Made by a program: the position numbers and the translations under genes
In this document: piece after piece, positions 1 through 3,404 of the stretch
How positions within the stretch are numbered: the stretch's first letter is position 1
Layout of the letters: the number at the start of each line of letters is the position of its first letter
DNA from: a bacterium
GTDB lineage: Bacteria > UBP7 > UBA6624
Assembly: GCA_002716355.1 (NCBI GenBank)
Contig: PBAU01000006.1
Location: forward strand, 33,678 to 38,859
Direction of reading: 5' to 3'
Length of the DNA: 5,182 bases
Notes under the pieces: model-generated
Databases searched by the model: none
Told to the model about the DNA's origin: nothing
What the model saw: only the letters and a program-made list of their open reading frames with translations

Positions 1-131
1 GTACTTGGAGCTGATGCGTTTCCACTTTCTGTAGCCGCATCTTGTGCGTCCGCTTTACCGTTCATGACAAAATATAGAGCAGCAACTACCACAATAATTA
101 TGACTGCTGCAACTTTGTTGTCAACCTGCAT
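1..131 (-). CDS. Small single-pass membrane protein of unknown function; its 3' end lies beyond the left window edge
   Basis: My own translation from the ATG at 131..129 gives MQVDNKVAAVIIIVVVAALYFVMNGKADAQDAATESGNASAPST..., which stays open to position 1. A hydrophobic helix spans about residues 7-23, followed by an Ala/Asp/Ser-rich segment. A perfect AGGAGG lies 9 nt upstream. It is on the same strand as the pilus genes and directly downstream of them. It is absent from the ORF track because it is truncated. It has no prepilin G/F-T-L-I-E motif and no lipobox Cys. Confidence 0.5.
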   Translation of the reverse strand, partial: MQVDNKVAAVIIIVVVAALYFVMNGKADAQDAATESGNASAPS

Positions 132-140
132 TTTTGCTAA

Positions 141-146
141 CCTCCT
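141..146 (-). promoter_or_regulatory. Shine-Dalgarno site (AGGAGG) for the small membrane-protein ORF
   Basis: The plus-strand cctcct is AGGAGG on the minus strand. A 9-nt spacer (TTAGCAAAA) separates it from the ATG at 131. Confidence 0.55.
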
Positions 147-182
147 AAAAATTATTTAGTTAAATTATAACTAATCATCATT

Positions 183-1070
183 TTAACCAGATGGACCAAA
201 TCCTCTACCCATTGTTCCATCACCAGAATCACCTCCACCAGTAGGCTGGTTGTTTCCACCAGAAGCATCTGGAATATAAGAACGTGGATCCTGATTGGGG
301 GTTCCATCTTCTGAAAGATAATAAGCAGAACCCTCAATCACTGCTGCTTCCCATGTACCAACAGGTCTTATTGTGAAACCAGAGCTACCGGTTTGGTAAA
401 AAGATAATGCCAACTGATACGCACCAAGGAAATACTCTCCTTCTCTGTTTAGTATAGAAGGGAGACGTTGAACCTTGTCATATGTTCCAGCTGCTACCAT
501 CACAAATGGCAATTTATTTATAAGCATGTTTCCTTCAATACGCGGACCCACACTTCCAAAATTGTAACTACCAGGACCAAACACCTCAGTTACCCTAGGT
601 ATAGGCCATTGGTCTGGAATCTCCTCCCTTCCTTTCTCTTCCCATTCAACTGAAAGAAGCTGACATGATAAACCTGTTATTTGACACGCTGTATTAATAG
701 CACCAAAAAAATTGTCTTGGATATCCCAATTATCTTTAAAGAACATCGGCAAAGCTTCTTGCCATTTTTCTTCATAAACATCATTCAGGTCAATAAGCTC
801 ATGGACCTCATTACTTTTTTGTTTCATTTCTCCAGTTCTTTGTCTTTCACTTGTTATATTGCTTTCTATTGTGGTTATTTCATCAACTTTTGGTTTCTTC
901 ATGCCAGATTCAAAATAATACCAGGCACCACCAACCAACATGATTGTCAATACAACAAGTCCTATATACTTACCTTCTTTATTCTTCCTTGATTCTTGGG
1001 TTGATGGGCCAGCTTCAATCTGAACACCCCCAACAACCTTAGGTCCTTCATCTTTTTTCTTAAAAAACAT
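183..1070 (-). CDS. pilO: PilO-like type IV pilus inner-membrane alignment protein with a Gly-rich C-terminal tail
   Basis: 295 aa. The layout is a short cytoplasmic N-terminus, one TM helix (YIGLVVLTIMLVGGAWYYF), a charged probably coiled-coil stretch (KVDEITTIESNITSERQRTGEMKQKSNEVHEL), then a PilO-type pattern. That pattern is ALPMFF..NFFGAINTACQITGLSCQLLSVE followed by LPFVMVAAGTYDKVQRLPSIL (compare the 'lP...ll..i...a...gl' and 'elPi.i.v.G.Y..l..f' blocks of PilO). It sits immediately after the PilN-like gene and its ATG overlaps the upstream stop (TAATG). The assignment rests on architecture and synteny, not on a search. Confidence 0.55.
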   Translation of the reverse strand: MFFKKKDEGPKVVGGVQIEAGPSTQESRKNKEGKYIGLVVLTIMLVGGAWYYFESGMKKPKVDEITTIESNITSERQRTGEMKQKSNEVHELIDLNDVYEEKWQEALPMFFKDNWDIQDNFFGAINTACQITGLSCQLLSVEWEEKGREEIPDQWPIPRVTEVFGPGSYNFGSVGPRIEGNMLINKLPFVMVAAGTYDKVQRLPSILNREGEYFLGAYQLALSFYQTGSSGFTIRPVGTWEAAVIEGSAYYLSEDGTPNQDPRSYIPDASGGNNQPTGGGDSGDGTMGRGFGPSG

Positions 1071-2005
1071 TACTGACCTCCAACTCCCATGCCCATACCC
1101 ATGCCACCAGGCATTCCTCCAGAAGGTGGTGGTGCGTTACCACCAGCAACATCACCTCGACCCATAGCTGCCTCAAGCTGATTTTGAATAGCCTGACTGT
1201 CCATAAGTTCAGCACTTATGTCAAACTGCATCTCAAAATTGTATAAAAAAGTAACATCTGGCTTAGCTTCAAAATAAGCAGTTAGCTGTTGAAGAGCACC
1301 GCCAGCAGAACCTGCTTGTTGTTGAGCGACAAAATTAGGATCAACATCAACAGCGTAAGACCAAGAAAATTTTAAAGTTCCTGGGTTGAAAAACTTACTC
1401 GCTTGAATTGCTTTAGCAAACTTGTATATATCCTCTTCTGTTATGGATTGACCAAAGATAGAAACATTTGTCATATCTTCAACTGTGATACCAACAGGGT
1501 TGTTGCCATTTCCAGCTCTTTGAGAGAGCCAAACATTCTTTGGTATCAAAGTTCTAATTTCATCAAGTAAAACTTCCCAAGGAAATTGAGTTGCACCAAG
1601 CAAGGTAACAGCGTAAACTTTAGGTCTCATAGTGTTGTATGTTGTCTTTTCAGAATCAAATAATGTTGCATCTTGTTGATATGAATAGGATCTTGAGCAT
1701 TTCCCAACAGAGGGGGGGTTGGTTTCTGTACCATCCCACTCACCAGACATAGTGTCACAAACAACCTTTAAAACATCTGGGCTTGTGTTTGCATTCCAGG
1801 TTCTAGGTGCTGTTTGCTCTCTTTTAACACTTTGCAATTCTTGATTCTTTTTATCAATTTGCTGATCTAAATCTTTCAAAATTGTAAAACCATAATAAGC
1901 TCCACAAAAAGCCAAAACTGTAACCCATTTAATAATAGATACAGAAGTTTTTTTAACGGTAAACTCACGTGGTAATAGATTAAATACTTTTAATTGCTTT
2001 GACAT
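1070..2005 (-). CDS. pilN: PilN-like type IV pilus inner-membrane alignment protein, unusually long, with a Gly/Met-rich C-terminal tail
   Basis: 311 aa. The N-terminus MSKQLKVFNLLPREF carries the conserved (I/V)NLLP motif, the PilM-binding peptide of PilN. It is followed by one TM helix (IIKWVTVLAFCGAYYGFTIL) and a coiled-coil-like stretch (KDLDQQIDKKNQELQSVKRE). The PilN core pattern WEVLLDEIRTLIPKNVWLSQ...VSIFGQSITEEDIYKFAKAIQASKFF comes next. The gene lies directly downstream of the PilM-like gene, separated by 3 nt. Confidence 0.75.
   Translation of the reverse strand: MSKQLKVFNLLPREFTVKKTSVSIIKWVTVLAFCGAYYGFTILKDLDQQIDKKNQELQSVKREQTAPRTWNANTSPDVLKVVCDTMSGEWDGTETNPPSVGKCSRSYSYQQDATLFDSEKTTYNTMRPKVYAVTLLGATQFPWEVLLDEIRTLIPKNVWLSQRAGNGNNPVGITVEDMTNVSIFGQSITEEDIYKFAKAIQASKFFNPGTLKFSWSYAVDVDPNFVAQQQAGSAGGALQQLTAYFEAKPDVTFLYNFEMQFDISAELMDSQAIQNQLEAAMGRGDVAGGNAPPPSGGMPGGMGMGMGVGGQ
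1077..1081 (-). promoter_or_regulatory. Shine-Dalgarno site (GGAGG) for the PilO-like gene, embedded in the last codons of the PilN-like gene
   Basis: The minus strand reads GGAGGTCAGTAATG. GGAGG lies 6 nt before the ATG at 1070, and the start and stop codons share one nucleotide, which suggests translational coupling. Confidence 0.6.
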
Positions 2006-2008
2006 AAC

Positions 2009-3400
2009 CTATAAAGCCTCCGTCGCTAAAGAAACAGCAGTTGCAATTTCATATACAGCGCCTCTCATTTTGTCAGGAAACCATTCCGTTGATCCGTAAT
2101 CTATATTCTCTAACGGATCTCCTAAAACTACATCCAAACCACTTTTTTCACTTAGGTAAGCATCAATATTATTGAATCTTCTTATGTTTCCTATCAAAAC
2201 AACCCTACCCAATCTCTCTCTGCTTCTAGACCATGATTCAAAATATCTTTTACTAGAATCTATATCTGAAGCAAAATTATCAAAAACTTTTCGCAAAGCA
2301 TTGTTGACATCAGCCGAAGAAGGCAAATTCGAATCATCATCAAGAGGATCTTCAGTCTTTTCATCAGTTCCGAAAGAAGCAAAAGGGTCATTCTCTTGTG
2401 AATCATCTTCAGTTTCTGAAGAAGTGGAGTCAAGTAAATCTATATCTGTCATTCTAAAAATTTCTGGAAGGTCTTTTACAGAATTACCATCAGGTAACTG
2501 ATCTGCGAAATCTCGAATCACCTTTTCATAACCAAACTCAATAGTTCTTGACAGTCTTCCCGGAGTCAGTGGCAAAGATTTTGCTTTCTTCTTCTTTTTA
2601 GAGCCTTCATCGATATCCATATCTAAATCATCATTAGAGCCAGAAACAAAAAGTATATCAGTTATAGCATTTCTTAAATCAACTATAGCAACGGACTGAG
2701 AATAGTCTTCAAAATATCTAGAGAGCACACTTGTTGCTGACAAAAAACCAACCTTAACACCAACAGGATCCATATTGAGCTGCTGTAAAGCCATAAGGAT
2801 TGGATCAAGAATGGAATATCTTGTTGCAACAATCATCACCTCTTGTTTTTCTATTTCATCTTCAAGTATATCCCTTAAAGTTTCATATTTGAATAAGGTG
2901 TCTTCTGGTGGGAATGGAACGTATTGGCCAAGTTGTACATTGATAGTTTCTTTAAGTTGAGCTTTTGTTAATCTAGGCAACCTAACAACCCTAACAACAG
3001 AGTTGGTTCCAGATAGCCCGACAACAGCCTTTTGACCATTTATACCAGCGTCTTCCAAACCTTTTTTGAGAATCTCTAAGAATTTAGCTTGATCTTGGAT
3101 CCTTCCCATTTTCCAAACACTGCCATCCATGGGTATAAATGCTGCCCTTTCCAAAATCATCTCTTTTTTCTTTTTAGTCATTTGGACAACCCTGATTGAG
3201 TTATCCTGAAAATCAAAACCAACAACAGACTTCTTGTTGACTTTCGTCTTTTTGGGTTTTGCTACTTTTTTTGCTTCACCTTTTTTGTTAGGTTTATTTT
3301 TTGCAAACTTTGCAAAAAGACCGCCCTTTTTCGGTAAAGCCTTAGTTTTCGAATCACTTGATGATTCTTTCTTTTTGTTTTTTAAGAACTTAAATGCCAT
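2009..3400 (-). CDS. pilM: PilM-like actin/HSP70-fold type IV pilus assembly protein with a Lys-rich N-terminal extension and an acidic insertion
   Basis: 463 aa. After a basic leader of about 58 aa, the sequence follows the PilM pattern. The blocks are VVGFDFQDNSIRVVQM (strand 1 of the actin fold), AVVGLSGTNSVVRVVRLPRLTKAQLKETINVQLGQYVPFPPEDTLF ('lp...v..r.i.lP.m...el..ai..ea..yiPf...e..ld'), VAIVDLRNAITDILFV (the phosphate-2-like strand) and VVLIGNIRRFNNIDAYLSEKSGLDVVLGDPLENI. The adjacent downstream gene carries the NLLP PilM-binding peptide. The ATG at 3400 is the only start-like codon upstream of the first fold element. Confidence 0.8.
   Translation of the reverse strand: MAFKFLKNKKKESSSDSKTKALPKKGGLFAKFAKNKPNKKGEAKKVAKPKKTKVNKKSVVGFDFQDNSIRVVQMTKKKKEMILERAAFIPMDGSVWKMGRIQDQAKFLEILKKGLEDAGINGQKAVVGLSGTNSVVRVVRLPRLTKAQLKETINVQLGQYVPFPPEDTLFKYETLRDILEDEIEKQEVMIVATRYSILDPILMALQQLNMDPVGVKVGFLSATSVLSRYFEDYSQSVAIVDLRNAITDILFVSGSNDDLDMDIDEGSKKKKKAKSLPLTPGRLSRTIEFGYEKVIRDFADQLPDGNSVKDLPEIFRMTDIDLLDSTSSETEDDSQENDPFASFGTDEKTEDPLDDDSNLPSSADVNNALRKVFDNFASDIDSSKRYFESWSRSRERLGRVVLIGNIRRFNNIDAYLSEKSGLDVVLGDPLENIDYGSTEWFPDKMRGAVYEIATAVSLATEAL
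2017..2021 (-). promoter_or_regulatory. Shine-Dalgarno site (GGAGG) for the PilN-like gene, inside the 3' end of the PilM-like gene
   Basis: The minus strand reads ACGGAGGCTTTATAGGTTATG. GGAGG lies 11 nt before the ATG at 2005, and the PilM-like TAG stop is at 2011..2009. Confidence 0.5.
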
Positions 3401-3404
3401 TTAT

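Noticed and set aside
1-131. The small N-terminally hydrophobic ORF as a type IV (pre)pilin
   Set aside because: It lacks the class III signal signature, which is a short basic leader ending in Gly followed by F/M-T-L-I/L-E with Glu at +5. The hydrophobic stretch is instead preceded by MQVDNK and contains no Glu.
164-169. A perfect TATAAT (minus strand) in the spacer as an internal promoter -10 box for the small ORF
   Set aside because: I found no acceptable -35 (TTGACA-like) element at 16-18 bp and no TG extension. TATAAT is expected by chance in DNA this AT-rich, and it also forms part of the palindrome. The sequence alone cannot support it.
147-174. The hairpin at 156..174 plus its T-run as an intrinsic terminator ending the operon
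   Set aside because: The stem is only 7 bp with a single G:C pair and is therefore very weak. A same-strand gene with a strong RBS starts immediately after it. At most it is a leaky attenuator, so it is kept only as part of a low-interest finding.
152-337. Minus-strand 61-aa ORF overlapping the 3' end of the PilO-like gene in another frame
   Set aside because: It is fully nested in or overlaps the longer and better-supported 183..1070 ORF. It has no RBS and its peptide looks hydrophobic and random.
3162-3302. A6-A7 homopolymer runs in the Lys-rich parts of the PilM-like gene as programmed frameshift or phase-variation sites
   Set aside because: These are a natural consequence of AAA/AAG Lys codons in an AT-rich genome. 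No alternative-frame ORF of meaningful length follows, so there is no evidence of function.
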